The position numbers were made by a program, and so were the translations under genes. This document shows positions 42,046 to 42,132 of a stretch of DNA of 42,132 nucleotides, piece by piece; position 1 is the first letter of the stretch; each line of letters opens with the position of its first letter. Under the pieces are notes generated by a model. It saw nothing but the letters and a program-made list of their open reading frames with translations. It did no database searches and was not told where the DNA came from. The stretch is from a virus, in the IMG/VR virus record IMGVR_UViG_3300006886_000001; one strand, given 5' to 3'.

Positions 42046-42132
42046 GAAGTTACATAAAACTTCCTATACCTCTTCAATAACCCCACAAAATGGCTATTTT
42101 ATACCACATGTTGGTAGAGTCTCCAGCCACCA
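42034..42132. repeat. Terminal direct repeat, right copy (identical to 1-99)
   Basis: Same 99 bases as the window start. The last 12 nt of the xis-like ORF, including its stop, lie inside this repeat. Confidence 0.95.

Noticed and set aside
1-42132. Retroelements, DGR, transposases, tRNA genes and rRNA
   Set aside because: No reverse transcriptase, DDE or IS signature and no cloverleaf-like sequence was noticed in any intergenic gap. The absence rests on reading by eye and should be confirmed with tRNAscan-SE, ISEScan and Rfam.

Overview
The window is one complete temperate, lambda-like siphovirus genome. Bases 1-99 are identical to 42034-42132, so the unique length is 42,033 bp. This fits a circularly closed contig, or a prophage cut exactly at attL/attR.

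Gene order:
- xis, an attP-like repeat region and a P4-type tyrosine integrase (+ strand).
- A long minus-strand block running from 28975 down to 1563. It holds a CII-like gene, a replication initiator with ori iterons inside its coding sequence, and a cos-like region. These are followed by Nu1/A-type terminase, a 4-gene insertion, and W / portal / S49 protease / scaffold / gpD-like / gpE-like head genes. The block ends with tail genes (tube, G/GT frameshift chaperones, tape measure, M, L, K, fused I-J, fibre) and a lysis cassette (holin-like, GH24 endolysin, overlapping spanins).
- An immunity region at 29.1-32.2 kb, bracketed by two near-identical sigma70-type promoter/operator units.
- A plus-strand early operon (32288-42045) with ssb, a Dam-type MTase, a PP-loop enzyme, a miniature C5-MTase-like gene and many small unknown genes.

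Spanins and lipoproteins imply a diderm host. The sequence looks A+T-rich by eye.

Main leads:
1. Three genes are co-transcribed behind the CI-type repressor, in the position lambda uses for rexAB: a PD-(D/E)xK HsdR_N-like nuclease, a BRCT-domain protein and a lipoprotein. This is a candidate lysogen-expressed defence or exclusion system.
2. The palindrome TTACATGTAA is grossly over-represented. Five copies have the fixed form TTTACATGTAAAGG-N7-ATG at gene junctions of the early operon.
3. An HTH + Bro-N cassette is duplicated in inverted orientation. One copy lies between terminase and gpW.
4. A translationally coupled DNA-modification cluster.

All functional calls come from motifs read by eye in the ORF translations. 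No database search was run.
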